Shown here piece after piece: positions 27,326-35,743 of a stretch of 36,585 nucleotides of DNA. The notes below the pieces were generated by a model that was given only the letters and a program-made list of their open reading frames with translations, had not been told where the DNA came from and made no database searches. How positions within the stretch are numbered: position 1 is the stretch's first letter; the number at the start of each line of letters is the position of its first letter. The stretch is from a virus (lineage: Duplodnaviria; Caudoviricetes), in the IMG/VR virus record IMGVR_UViG_3300032274_000025, positions 1 to 36,585 of that record. One strand, written 5' to 3'. The position numbers and the translations under genes are program-made.

Positions 27326-27561
27326 TGGCACACCTCATCGCAAAGACAAACGGCAGACCAGCGACGGCAGCCATCACAGCGCTCATCGTCGCCGAGTCGG
27401 GCGGGTTTGCGCTGTTGACGTACAGCCCGCCACATCCAAGGCTTCCGCGCGGATGGGAGAAGGTCGAGTCGGGGGCGGCCGACCTGCCAGATGCCGCGCA
27501 CGATCGAAAGTTATCCAGCGAGGCTATCCGCCTTGCGCTGTTGAACAAGGCGGACCCATGA
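27325..27561 (+). CDS. Hypothetical protein
   Basis: Overlaps at both ends. Confidence 0.6.
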   Translation: MAHLIAKTNGRPATAAITALIVAESGGFALLTYSPPHPRLPRGWEKVESGAADLPDAAHDRKLSSEAIRLALLNKADP

Positions 27562-27911
27562 GCCTCCTGACCGACGAAGAGAAGCAGCTTCCGCGAGACG
27601 AGAAGCGCGCACTCCGCAAGCAACGCCGACACGAGAAGTGGGGCGGACCCGTGCCGCCGTGGGTGGTCCGCGTTGCCGACGTCACCAAGACCATCGCCCA
27701 GAAGGCCACCGTCATTCTGGTCACGGCTGCGACCGAGGCAGTCAAGGCGGCAGCGGTCGCGACTCTTTCGGGCGGCAAGGCCCGGCACGAGTTTGCAGTC
27801 GACCGGCTTCTCGAATCCGCGAGGACTCACGCAACCCCACTCGCCCGCGCCGAAGCTGCGGGACTTGTTGAGGACGTGTTCAGCGTCCTCGAAGACGCAG
27901 GAGACATCTGA
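27558..27911 (+). CDS. Holin-like protein (LL-H-like pattern)
   Basis: ATEAVKAAA...GGKARHEFAV...GLVEDVF pattern; lysis-region position. Confidence 0.45.
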   Translation: MSLLTDEEKQLPRDEKRALRKQRRHEKWGGPVPPWVVRVADVTKTIAQKATVILVTAATEAVKAAAVATLSGGKARHEFAVDRLLESARTHATPLARAEAAGLVEDVFSVLEDAGDI

Positions 27912-28147
27912 TGCCCGACGACACCCTACCCCCGCCTGCTGCTGCCCCCGCCAAGGCCACCGACAAACAGAAGTGGTCCGCCGCTCTGGCCGCTGTCGCG
28001 GCTGCTGCTGCGCTCGGCTACACGATGCTGACCGGCGAGACTCTACCCGCTGCTGACTGCCCGGTGTGCCCCGTCTGTGAGGAGGCGCCCGCTGTCGAGC
28101 CGGAAGCGCCGAAGCCCCCGGAAGCCGCGCCGGTTGAGGCGGAGTAA
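27911..28147 (+). CDS. Small membrane-anchored protein
   Basis: One hydrophobic helix, then CPVCPVC and a Pro/Glu/Ala tail. Confidence 0.65.
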   Translation: MPDDTLPPPAAAPAKATDKQKWSAALAAVAAAAALGYTMLTGETLPAADCPVCPVCEEAPAVEPEAPKPPEAAPVEAE

Positions 28148-28299
28148 TGGACGCGTTCCGCAAGCTGTGCGTCAAGCAGACGAGTCCTGGAGGGATGCGG
28201 TGTCCGTGCTGTCGCTACTCGCATGGTGACAAGAGGCGCGGACGAAAGCTTGCACGGACGCAACTCAAAGCCCGCGACCGCCAGGAGGTGTGGCAGTGA
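28147..28299 (+). CDS. 50-aa basic protein with PGGxxCPCC
   Basis: TAATG and GTGA overlaps; MDAFRKLCVKQTSPGGMRCPCCRY... Confidence 0.55.
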   Translation: MDAFRKLCVKQTSPGGMRCPCCRYSHGDKRRGRKLARTQLKARDRQEVWQ

Positions 28300-28508
28300 C
28301 CCGCTACGCCCAACAGGTAGCCGATGCGCTGCTCGACCTCACCGAAGCACGCGAGAAGGGCGCCAACACGTTCGCGGTTCGTGGCGTTGATGATGTCCTG
28401 TGCTCACCGGTCACGGAGGCCACCCGCTTCGCACGCGACCTTGCCCGGTCCGGAGCGCTGAACCATCCGCCTGCGCCACCCGTTGGAGTGCAGTGGTTGC
28501 TACCGTGA
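28296..28508 (+). CDS. Hypothetical protein
   Basis: AGGAGG RBS; GTGA overlaps. Confidence 0.6.
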   Translation: MTRYAQQVADALLDLTEAREKGANTFAVRGVDDVLCSPVTEATRFARDLARSGALNHPPAPPVGVQWLLP

Positions 28509-28591
28509 CCCCGACCGCCGTCATCCTCGTGGCCTCGCTGTGCGTTGCGGCGTGGCTGCTGTACCTGACCCGACTGGATGACCCGCCATGA
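28505..28591 (+). CDS. 28-aa membrane peptide
   Basis: MTPTAVILVASLCVAAWLLYLTRLDDPP; overlaps at both ends. Confidence 0.5.
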   Translation: MTPTAVILVASLCVAAWLLYLTRLDDPP

Positions 28592-29160
28592 TTGCACCCG
28601 GACTGACTGACAGCGAATACGCAGCCCTCCCCCTGTCGGCGCGCATCTACGCAGCGGCTGCGCGCTTCCTGGGCATGCGCTACGCCACGCGGGACAGCGA
28701 CGTGCGCTACCCGTACCACGCGGGCACGTTGCCGGAGTCCCGGGTGGGCGGCGATCGGGTGAACTGCTCGCCGATGACCACCGCGATCCTGATGGCGGTC
28801 TACGACAAGCCATGGACCCCCGACGACTACGGCGACCTCGTTGTGTTCGCCGAGTCGCTACAGCGGTACCCCAAGGGAGACAGCCCCATCCGAGCCCTTG
28901 AGAGATACGAGATTGCACAACGCATCCCCGCGTTCACGTCTGGTGACTGGCACCTGGTGCAGTACTGGAATCGACGGGACGCCAACGGGCACGCAGTTGC
29001 TGCGGGTGGTGGGCACTCGGTGCTCGTGTACTTCGAAGGCTCCGACTGCTGGACGCTCGAGGCCACATCGAAGGGCGGCATTGGGCCGAAGTTCAGCGCC
29101 AAGAAGCCCCGCGACTTCACGCGGAAGGCGCTGCTGCATATAGCGCGTTTGTGGCCCTGA
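28588..29160 (+). CDS. NlpC/P60-like cysteine peptidase, candidate endolysin
   Basis: FLGMRY, VNCS (catalytic Cys), GHSVLV (His), LEAT. Confidence 0.65.
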   Translation: MIAPGLTDSEYAALPLSARIYAAAARFLGMRYATRDSDVRYPYHAGTLPESRVGGDRVNCSPMTTAILMAVYDKPWTPDDYGDLVVFAESLQRYPKGDSPIRALERYEIAQRIPAFTSGDWHLVQYWNRRDANGHAVAAGGGHSVLVYFEGSDCWTLEATSKGGIGPKFSAKKPRDFTRKALLHIARLWP

Positions 29161-29208
29161 TGGGGTCTAGCGACCGCGCGAGCAGCGGCGTACGATTGGG
29201 AGGCGGGG

Positions 29209-29673
29209 ATGAGTCAGGATGACGTCAGGGAACTACGCGGGGAGCTCGGCAAGTTGCGGGAGGTTGTTGCGGGACACACGCAGCAGCTCAGCAACGGCGA
29301 GCAGTTCCGGCGCGACCTTGACGCGCTCAAAGCCATCGGCGCAGACCGGCGAATCTTTCTCATCGAGGGCGACATGAGCGCACTGCAGGAATCTCACACC
29401 GAGCTTGACCACGCGGTCAGAAACATCACCGGCCACTTTGACGGGATGGCAAAGGAGATCGCCACCGAGCGCGCAGAACGCAAGGCGGCCGACGAGGCGT
29501 CCAAGCAGGTCGAGAAGACTGCGATCGGCTGGCTGAAGGTGAACTGGGTGGTTGTCGTCGTGGCGCTGCTTGTCGTCCTGACCATCATCGACGCGCTACA
29601 GGACGACCTCGATACCATGGATGTCGTCGAACAACTCGAGCAACGCGGCGTGAAGTTGGCGCCCACGCCGTGA
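29209..29673 (+). CDS. Coiled-coil protein with a C-terminal transmembrane helix (lysis-associated)
   Basis: Heptad pattern, then VNWVVVVVALLVVLTII; GGAGG RBS. Confidence 0.7.
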   Translation: MSQDDVRELRGELGKLREVVAGHTQQLSNGEQFRRDLDALKAIGADRRIFLIEGDMSALQESHTELDHAVRNITGHFDGMAKEIATERAERKAADEASKQVEKTAIGWLKVNWVVVVVALLVVLTIIDALQDDLDTMDVVEQLEQRGVKLAPTP

Positions 29674-29768
29674 TTGAAGCGGTCGCCGGCGGCTGTGCCG
29701 TTGTCGGCATTGCGATCGTGCTCGTGCTCTTGATGCTGGCTGGGACGGGTGGCGGCCCTAGGAAGTGA
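29670..29768 (+). CDS. 32-aa membrane peptide
   Basis: MIEAVAGGCAVVGIAIVLVLLMLAG...; GTGA overlaps. Confidence 0.45.
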   Translation: MIEAVAGGCAVVGIAIVLVLLMLAGTGGGPRK

Positions 29769-29909
29769 CCTTCCATTACGAGGATGACTTTCATCGCCGC
29801 ACCTCCAGCAACGCCAGGGCTACGGCGTGGGCGAGGTGGGCCTTCCCTTCGACACAAAGCCCCACCCCGACAGAGACGTCGTCATCGGGCACCTCCGCGA
29901 GTCGGGCGC

Positions 29910-30143
29910 TCACGAGAACCCCCGCAGCAGCACTGGTGCGGGGCCTCCACGTGCTCGGTATATAGCCACCGCCAACTCGTCAATCCTGCCGACGCCCCCG
30001 CACGCACGGCACGGTGGCGCGTCGCTGCGCTTGCAGATGCACTCGCCATCGTAGCTAACGCACACAGCCTCGTGCTCCGGCTTTGGAGGCTCGATCCCCT
30101 TGCAGTGCGGGCAAGTCACCCAACCATCGACATCACTCGTCAT
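29910..30143 (-). CDS. Small zinc-finger protein
   Basis: CPHCKG, CRACGGVG; AGGAGG RBS; ATGA overlap. Confidence 0.65.
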   Translation of the reverse strand: MTSDVDGWVTCPHCKGIEPPKPEHEAVCVSYDGECICKRSDAPPCRACGGVGRIDELAVAIYRARGGPAPVLLRGFS

Positions 30144-30562
30144 CGAGCACCTCCTGATTGTCGAGCCAACGCCACCTCGGCAGCGTCGAGCCACAACGTC
30201 TCGCCGGGTACGTGCTCGTCGATGATGTCGATCGCCTGCAATAGCATCGCCCGCAGCCGCTCGACCTCCGCTACAAGGTAGCGGTTGGCCGACGCCTGCA
30301 ACGCCACGTCAACGGGCGGCGGCTTGTCTTCCGCCCGCAGCCGCTCAACCTCCGCGCACTTCGCGTCGTAGGCGGTGAGGAGGGCGGGCATGGAGTCCAC
30401 CCGCGCTCGCCACATTGGTGGGAGGTCGGCAAGACGGAACCACACCACGTCGCACCCTTGCGCCTCGCAGCCGTCAACAGAGCCGGTGACAGCATCTGGC
30501 GGCACGTGGCAGGCACACGCCTCCCGCATCCGCCGCAGGTCGTCTTTGGTCAGGTCACTCAT
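30140..30562 (-). CDS. Ead/Ea22-like protein with GCxAQGCD motif
   Basis: PALL...AEVERLR, with AEVERLR present twice; GAGG RBS. Confidence 0.6.
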   Translation of the reverse strand: MSDLTKDDLRRMREACACHVPPDAVTGSVDGCEAQGCDVVWFRLADLPPMWRARVDSMPALLTAYDAKCAEVERLRAEDKPPPVDVALQASANRYLVAEVERLRAMLLQAIDIIDEHVPGETLWLDAAEVALARQSGGAR

Positions 30563-30767
30563 TGGGCACCTCACTCTCCTGCAACCACTGCCAGTGCTGC
30601 TCCGCGGTCTTCGGGCACCACCCGATGGCCTTCCCGATGGCGACCCAATCGGCACCCTCCGAGAGCATGCGCTCGATGGTGGGGACGTGGCCCTGCTGGA
30701 CGAGGCCGAATTTCAAGGTGAGGCCGGCCTCGTTGAGGAGGTCGTCGAGGGTGGGGTCACTCTTCAT
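30555..30767 (-). CDS. Small HTH-like protein
   Basis: GADWVAIGKAIGWCPKTAEQHW; AGGAGG RBS. Confidence 0.6.
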   Translation of the reverse strand: MKSDPTLDDLLNEAGLTLKFGLVQQGHVPTIERMLSEGADWVAIGKAIGWCPKTAEQHWQWLQESEVPNE

Positions 30768-31080
30768 CAGCCACCTCCTTCCAAGCGGCGTCAGCGTCCT
30801 CGTCCGCCCGACACACTTCGACTTCCACGTCCTCCTCGGCTGCCCACCCGATGAGCCACCTGTCGTACTCTTCGTGGTCGTGCTCGTCGCAGAAACGCTG
30901 CTGCTTCTCGCACCATTCCGGGTCGGTGTAGACGACCACGGTGTAGCGCCCCATCTCTCGGTGCCCGCAGTCCACCGCGTCGATGAAGTCTTCCATGGCG
31001 TCACAGATGACGGCGTCACGGTCGGTGCCGCATCGGAGCGGGTACTCCTCGTCTGCTACGACAGCGGCGTAGCTACTCAT
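30757..31080 (-). CDS. Highly acidic protein
   Basis: 33 Asp+Glu versus 9 Lys+Arg in 107 aa (hand count); GGAGG RBS. Confidence 0.75.
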   Translation of the reverse strand: MSSYAAVVADEEYPLRCGTDRDAVICDAMEDFIDAVDCGHREMGRYTVVVYTDPEWCEKQQRFCDEHDHEEYDRWLIGWAAEEDVEVEVCRADEDADAAWKEVADEE

Positions 31081-31999
31081 CGCTCACCTCCCCAACCACT
31101 TCCGCCGCGGGGGCGGGGAGCGGGACGTCTTCCTTGCAGAGCTTCCGCCAGTCCTGGGAGGAATGACCGCTGAAGCACCAGACTCCAGCGCGTTCGCCGA
31201 AGTTGTAGCTCTTTACGTCCAGGTACCGCTCGGCCGCCTCACGGCTGAAGAACGGCCCGGTGATGCAGTGCGCCACCTTGGAGCGAGACGGCCAGCCGGA
31301 CTCGGCACAGTCGTCGGTGTGGTGCGCCATACCGTCGGGGTCGACGATGCCCCACCACGGGAAGGCCGTCCCCTCGGCGTCTGGCACCCGCACGGCCTGG
31401 GGCTTCGGCTTGCCCGCTTCCCACTCCGCCAGGAACTCCTCGTAGCCCGGGTCCTTGATGGGAAAGCCTGTCTCCCCGCAGTCCGCACACGTGCCGTCCT
31501 GGTAGCCGTCGGGCGTCTCGGGCTGGGGCTCGATGTTCTCGTGGCGGCAGCCCGAGATGACGTCCGTGTTCAGGACCGGGAGGCTTGCGCCCACAGAGGC
31601 CGAAGCGTCTGCGGGTCGCCCCCGAATGCCCGTGGCTTCACGCAGTTCCTGGTGCTCGTGAGCGATCACTTGGTCTAGGTCGCGCATGTCGAACGGTAGG
31701 CCACAGGTGTTGCAGTTCATGAAGTGCTCGGGCAGGGGCGTCTCGGGCACCTCTTGCAGGCGGGAGAGGAGGGCAGTGGCGTGGTTTACGTCCATGTCGG
31801 TCGTGGAGCCGTCGATTGCATGAGCGTCCATCAGGCGCATCGCGCACCCCCGTGCCAACCGCACCACCTCACGCGGCACAGCCACCCAGCCGGGCGGGAG
31901 GACGGGGGCGCCTTTGTGGGTCGGCGACCCGAACCCGCACCGAGGGCATCCGGGGTTTGCGCAGCGGTTGGTGTCGGTGCAGTTGTCGATGGGGTTCAT
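31073..31999 (-). CDS. Mosaic multi-domain protein with several Cys/His metal-binding motifs
   Basis: CANPGCPRC, HFMNCNTCG..DMRDLDQV..HEH, CADCG, C-terminal PWW...ITGPFFSREAAE domain. Confidence 0.7.
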   Translation of the reverse strand: MNPIDNCTDTNRCANPGCPRCGFGSPTHKGAPVLPPGWVAVPREVVRLARGCAMRLMDAHAIDGSTTDMDVNHATALLSRLQEVPETPLPEHFMNCNTCGLPFDMRDLDQVIAHEHQELREATGIRGRPADASASVGASLPVLNTDVISGCRHENIEPQPETPDGYQDGTCADCGETGFPIKDPGYEEFLAEWEAGKPKPQAVRVPDAEGTAFPWWGIVDPDGMAHHTDDCAESGWPSRSKVAHCITGPFFSREAAERYLDVKSYNFGERAGVWCFSGHSSQDWRKLCKEDVPLPAPAAEVVGEVSDE

Positions 32000-32268
32000 G
32001 TTGTCTCCAGCGAAAGAAGGTTCACAACCACAGCGCCCTCGGGCGTGAGGTTGACTCTGGACGGGTAGCGGCCCTTGACGGCGACGAAACCCTTCGCCTC
32101 AAGGCCGCGGGTCTGGTTGTGACAGTTGTTGGTGGTGAGGTTGGCCGCCCTGGCGAGCATCGAGACCGTGCAGCCGGACCGCGACACAAGCAGGGCAAGA
32201 AGGCTTCGCTGCCGGCTCGTGACCGTTCGGTCTAAGATCGTCCGGAGCATGTCGGTGTGGAGGGTCAC
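31996..32268 (-). CDS. Winged-HTH (MarR-like) DNA-binding protein
   Basis: TSRQRSLL, TVSMLARAANLT, LEAKGFV, VNLTPEG. Confidence 0.75.
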   Translation of the reverse strand: MTLHTDMLRTILDRTVTSRQRSLLALLVSRSGCTVSMLARAANLTTNNCHNQTRGLEAKGFVAVKGRYPSRVNLTPEGAVVVNLLSLETT

Positions 32269-32441
32269 GCCACACCCCACCGGCGACAAGCCCACGACAG
32301 CGCAGACGCGCCAGCGAACGAGCGCGGAGTGATGAGCGCGCCACGGGTCAGGCACCACGCTTGCAGGTACGCGTTGGCCTGTCTGGCCACCGGGGCTTCG
32401 TCGATGCGCGCAAGCATGCACGCTGGGATTGCGGGGGTCAT
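32265..32441 (-). CDS. Hypothetical protein
   Basis: Overlaps at both ends. Confidence 0.55.
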   Translation of the reverse strand: MTPAIPACMLARIDEAPVARQANAYLQAWCLTRGALITPRSFAGASALSWACRRWGVA

Positions 32442-32656
32442 CGTCTCATCTCCGTCAGCGGGTCGCATTGGCACCTGTCCATGTATGGCTTGCCCATGTG
32501 CGGGTCGCACACATCAAGGCAATGGAGGGCTTTGGCTTCTCTTTTGAGGTCGCCATCTCCGGCGGCCATGAGTGAGACGGCAAAGACCGCGGCGACGACG
32601 ACCACAAAAGTGATGCCAACCAGAAGCCCCAGCCTGTCCATGGCGTATTCGGTCAT
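32438..32656 (-). CDS. Small membrane protein with a Cys-rich C-terminus
   Basis: TM helix; CLDVC, CQC. Confidence 0.65.
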   Translation of the reverse strand: MTEYAMDRLGLLVGITFVVVVAAVFAVSLMAAGDGDLKREAKALHCLDVCDPHMGKPYMDRCQCDPLTEMRR

Positions 32657-33444
32657 GACGTCACCTCGTCCAGCATCATCAGCAACTCAACGTCGCGGCG
32701 GTTGCGCTCGAGCAGCAGCCCGCGACGGGACGGGTCCAGCCAGTCGCCCACCGGGTCCTCGCTGCCTTGCTTTCCCTCGCCAAGATACGCCTCGCAGATG
32801 GCGCCGAACGAGCGCCCACGCCTTGGCATCCCCCGCCCCATCACGTCGATGCTTCGTGAGCTCCCGCCACGTGAGAGCGTCCAGGGGATGGCGTCCCGCA
32901 GCTTGCGCAGCACCTTGGCGGTGGCGGGTGCGGACTTGCCCCAGTTGGCATCGGTCATCGCAGCATGAAGCAGCCGGCAGACGGAGCGGTGGAGCAACGG
33001 AAGGTCGTAGTGGTTGCCGTTCGCCGTCACCCATTCGATGCTGTGCGCGTAGTCCGGCAACTTCAGGGCGAACTCAACGAGCAGCACGCCGCTGTCAGGC
33101 CCGGAGTGCTGGTAGACATCGCCCTCGTAGGCCCATCCGATCGTGTTGATGACGGCGAGGTCCGGATTCTTCGCGAGGTTGCGCCACGCCTGCTCGGCTG
33201 CCTCCTCACAGTCGGCGAGCCACTGAGTCCGCAGGCCGTCGTAGTCAGCGCAGGCCTGCTCATAGTCTGCTTGGTTCGCGGCAGCGTGTGCCCTGATGGT
33301 CTCTTCCCTGCTGATGTTCCTCGCGATGCGCTTGAGCGTTGGCTGCGCCGGCTCCTTCGGCAAATTCTTGCCGACGAGCAGCGCGTGCTTCTCGGCGTTG
33401 GTCATCGGTGGTGGGCCTGCTTCCAGGTCGAGGTAGATTCTCAT
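32653..33444 (-). CDS. DEDD/DnaQ-superfamily 3'-5' exonuclease
   Basis: ExoI YLDLEAG, ExoII NGNHYDLPLL, ExoIII RNRRDV; GAGGAG RBS. Confidence 0.8.
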   Translation of the reverse strand: MRIYLDLEAGPPPMTNAEKHALLVGKNLPKEPAQPTLKRIARNISREETIRAHAAANQADYEQACADYDGLRTQWLADCEEAAEQAWRNLAKNPDLAVINTIGWAYEGDVYQHSGPDSGVLLVEFALKLPDYAHSIEWVTANGNHYDLPLLHRSVCRLLHAAMTDANWGKSAPATAKVLRKLRDAIPWTLSRGGSSRSIDVMGRGMPRRGRSFGAICEAYLGEGKQGSEDPVGDWLDPSRRGLLLERNRRDVELLMMLDEVTS

Positions 33445-34226
33445 GGCGACTCCTCGTCGGGTTCGATGTCGATGGGCTGGCTGTCTTCCTCTTTGCCGCA
33501 CCACTCCTCGTAGGTGGTCCGCCCGTCCTCGTTCGCGAGCCACGCCAGCAGCTTGACCCGCGTGTCTTCGGTCATCTCCGACGGCTTCGGGCGGCTGTGA
33601 GCGGCGCACCATCGCTTGAGTTGGTCGTAGTCCACCTTCGGGTCGGGGAGTTCGGCGAGTACGGCGAAGAATCGGCGCTGGTCTTCAGGCTCCCAGCGGG
33701 CAGGCTGCACCTCTTCTGGCGCTGCTTGCACGGGTCCTGGGTCGGAGAGTTCGCCGGTGTGGTACACCCCCGTCAGGAGGTCGGGGCAGAACGCGCGGAT
33801 GCCGTTGCTGATGGCGCGAGCTCGCAGCATGTTCGCCGGGTAGGTGTTCCAGTTGCCCCGACCGGCAAGACCCGCCCGCTTCGCATCGGCCATCGTGAAC
33901 GTTGAGGTGAAGGAGTCCCACCCTTCTCGCTTGAGCACGAGGGTCGCGCTCTCGCTGTCGGTGTGCTCCCACCTGAAGCGGACGCCGTTCTGCGCAACGA
34001 GCCGCAGCATGAGCTCGGCCTTCATTGTGATCTTGCCCTTGACCATCTCGAGGTTCCGCAGGGATTCCATCGGCGCGAGCCCGAGTTCCGACCCGGCGAC
34101 CATCAAGCAGAACGCCTGCTCTGGTGTGCGGATGTCGTTGCTGAGGAGCCCGGACTTCACGAGGGCCTTCGCCATCTCGAATCCCGCCTCTGGGCTGTTC
34201 GGGGTGTAGGGGGTCAGCGAGTTCAA
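33441..34226 (-). CDS. recT: RecT-like single-strand annealing protein
   Basis: GSELGLAPMESL, FTMADAKRAGL, NWNTYPANMLRARA, CPDLLTG; TTG start after GGAGG. Confidence 0.85.
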   Translation of the reverse strand: MNSLTPYTPNSPEAGFEMAKALVKSGLLSNDIRTPEQAFCLMVAGSELGLAPMESLRNLEMVKGKITMKAELMLRLVAQNGVRFRWEHTDSESATLVLKREGWDSFTSTFTMADAKRAGLAGRGNWNTYPANMLRARAISNGIRAFCPDLLTGVYHTGELSDPGPVQAAPEEVQPARWEPEDQRRFFAVLAELPDPKVDYDQLKRWCAAHSRPKPSEMTEDTRVKLLAWLANEDGRTTYEEWCGKEEDSQPIDIEPDEESP

Positions 34227-34330
34227 AAAGCACCTCCATAGTTGATCACCCATGCGAAGGGCGTGAAGCCGACGATACACAGACCGGCGGCGATGTCTTG
34301 CGCGTATTCGCGCAGGGTGTAGGGGGTCAT
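34223..34330 (-). CDS. 35-aa hydrophobic peptide
   Basis: MTPYTLREYAQDIAAGLCIVGFTPFAWVINYGGAF; overlaps at both ends. Confidence 0.55.
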   Translation of the reverse strand: MTPYTLREYAQDIAAGLCIVGFTPFAWVINYGGAF

Positions 34331-34914
34331 TGGTCGTCCTGCGTAGGCGGGGTGGGAATGTGCTGGCGTACGATGTCCGCGCACTCTGCGAGGGTTGCCG
34401 CGTCGGCGGCGGCGTCGGCGTCTGCGTCTGCGTAGGCGTAGGCGTAGGCGTAGGCGGCGTAGGCGGCGGCGTAGGCGGCGGCGTCGGCGGCGGCGTAGGC
34501 GTCGGCGTAGGCGGCGTAGGCGGCGTAGGCGGCGTCTGCGGCGGCGTAGGCGGAGGAGGCAGCACTCAAGGCGTCTGCGTAGGCGTAGGCGTAGGCGTAG
34601 GCGTCGGCGGCGGCTGCCCTCACCACGTCCAGCCCTACATCTCCCCTGCCCCACGCCTCTGCGGCCTCAATCGCCAGCCGAGGGCGATCCTCCCCGTCAG
34701 GCACATGCACGAGCGACAGCCGGGCACAGGCGCACGCTGCCATCACGACAGTCTTGTGGTCTGCTCCAGCGCGAGCCGCGTACCAGAGCAGCCAGTCTCC
34801 GCGCGGGCACTCGTCCCACGCCTTCTGAAGTGACCGTCGTTCGCCGACCCACGCGACGGCATCGTCGCAGGCGTTCATGTCGATGAGGTGCTGACGCAGG
34901 GTGTAGGGGGTCAC
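34327..34914 (-). CDS. Imm5-like domain protein with an Ala/Tyr/Asp low-complexity tract
   Basis: RGDWLLW, ACACAR, EDRPRLAIEAAEAW, ECADIVR; GTGA overlap. Confidence 0.75.
   Translation of the reverse strand: MTPYTLRQHLIDMNACDDAVAWVGERRSLQKAWDECPRGDWLLWYAARAGADHKTVVMAACACARLSLVHVPDGEDRPRLAIEAAEAWGRGDVGLDVVRAAAADAYAYAYAYADALSAASSAYAAADAAYAAYAAYADAYAAADAAAYAAAYAAYAYAYAYADADADAAADAATLAECADIVRQHIPTPPTQDDQ
34398..34616. repeat. Degenerate GCC/TAC/GAC codon tandem repeat
   Basis: Runs of GGCGTA, GGC and GCGTC on the + strand. Confidence 0.9.
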
Positions 34915-35246
34915 GGAAGCACCGTCAGGTCGGACACCGTGGGCCATCCGCAAGCGGCCAGGATGCAGAACGTGACGGCGAGCGAGCTGAGGCCAGCCAC
35001 GATGTAGGTGAGCACGACTTCCACAGCGTGCGCTGTTGCAGTGGTCCCATCCTTCCGCTCTTTGTTCTGCTTTATCGGGTTGGTCGTAATGGCCGCCACC
35101 ACGGACGAGAACGCCCATGCTTGCCACATGGTGGCGCCGATGCCGACCCATCCGAGAATGATGGTCACCACCCACGCATTCAGCACAGTGAGCACAGGCA
35201 GGCTGAAGAGCACAATCACCAGAGCCCAGAATGTATCGTCTTTCAC
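34911..35246 (-). CDS. Integral membrane protein
   Basis: About three hydrophobic segments; AGGAGG RBS. Confidence 0.7.
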   Translation of the reverse strand: MKDDTFWALVIVLFSLPVLTVLNAWVVTIILGWVGIGATMWQAWAFSSVVAAITTNPIKQNKERKDGTTATAHAVEVVLTYIVAGLSSLAVTFCILAACGWPTVSDLTVLP

Positions 35247-35437
35247 GCTTCCTCCTTCACACAGTCATTGCAGCGGTGACCATCACCGTCATCGTTCATG
35301 TCGTCGCGGGCGTACCACTCGCCGCACACGATGCACTCGGCACAGCCACACTCGACTGTGCCGGATGTGTGGCACCGCTCGCCGCACTCGCTGCACGTCG
35401 AGTAGTAGGCGCCCCAGTCGGGTGCGAGGTTGCTCAT
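35243..35437 (-). CDS. Small zinc-finger protein
   Basis: CSEC, CGC, CIVC, CNDC. Confidence 0.65.
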   Translation of the reverse strand: MSNLAPDWGAYYSTCSECGERCHTSGTVECGCAECIVCGEWYARDDMNDDGDGHRCNDCVKEEA

Positions 35438-35721
35438 GGGGTCACCGCCCGCAAGCAGAAGACGCGCACGACGCCGTAGTGGCTGAACGACTGCCCCCAC
35501 CCGTCAGAGTGAGGAGCGTCGACCGGGGTGCCCAGGTCATCGGCCGCGGCGTCGAACTGGGCTTCGGAGAGGAGAACCTCTACGCCCTTGCGCGGGTCGT
35601 GGCTAACGCCAATGGCTGCCGGGAAGGGCGGCGAGGTAGTGCGCAGGGTGTCACCGTACTCCGTGAGGAACGCGACCGCGGCTTCCAGGGCTGCAATCTG
35701 CTTGTCGAGGGCGTCGGGCAT
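35434..35721 (-). CDS. Hypothetical protein, first gene of the leftward operon
   Basis: AAAGGAGA RBS downstream of the leftward promoter. Confidence 0.7.
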   Translation of the reverse strand: MPDALDKQIAALEAAVAFLTEYGDTLRTTSPPFPAAIGVSHDPRKGVEVLLSEAQFDAAADDLGTPVDAPHSDGWGQSFSHYGVVRVFCLRAVTP

Positions 35722-35743
35722 CGGGTCTCCTTTCGATGTCCAG

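Noticed and set aside
29765-29965. 66-aa plus-strand ORF at the convergence point
   Set aside because: No RBS or motif, and it overlaps a better-supported minus-strand gene; left uncalled
34398-34616. Repeat tract as a CRISPR array or DGR variable region
   Set aside because: No repeat-spacer periodicity, no template repeat and no reverse transcriptase seen
34330-34886. Poly-Arg, Gly/Val-rich and Pro/Thr-rich ORFs, including the long N-terminal extension of the 33441-34565 ORF
   Set aside because: These are shadow frames of the Ala/Tyr/Asp repeat; RecT has its own RBS and TTG start at 34226
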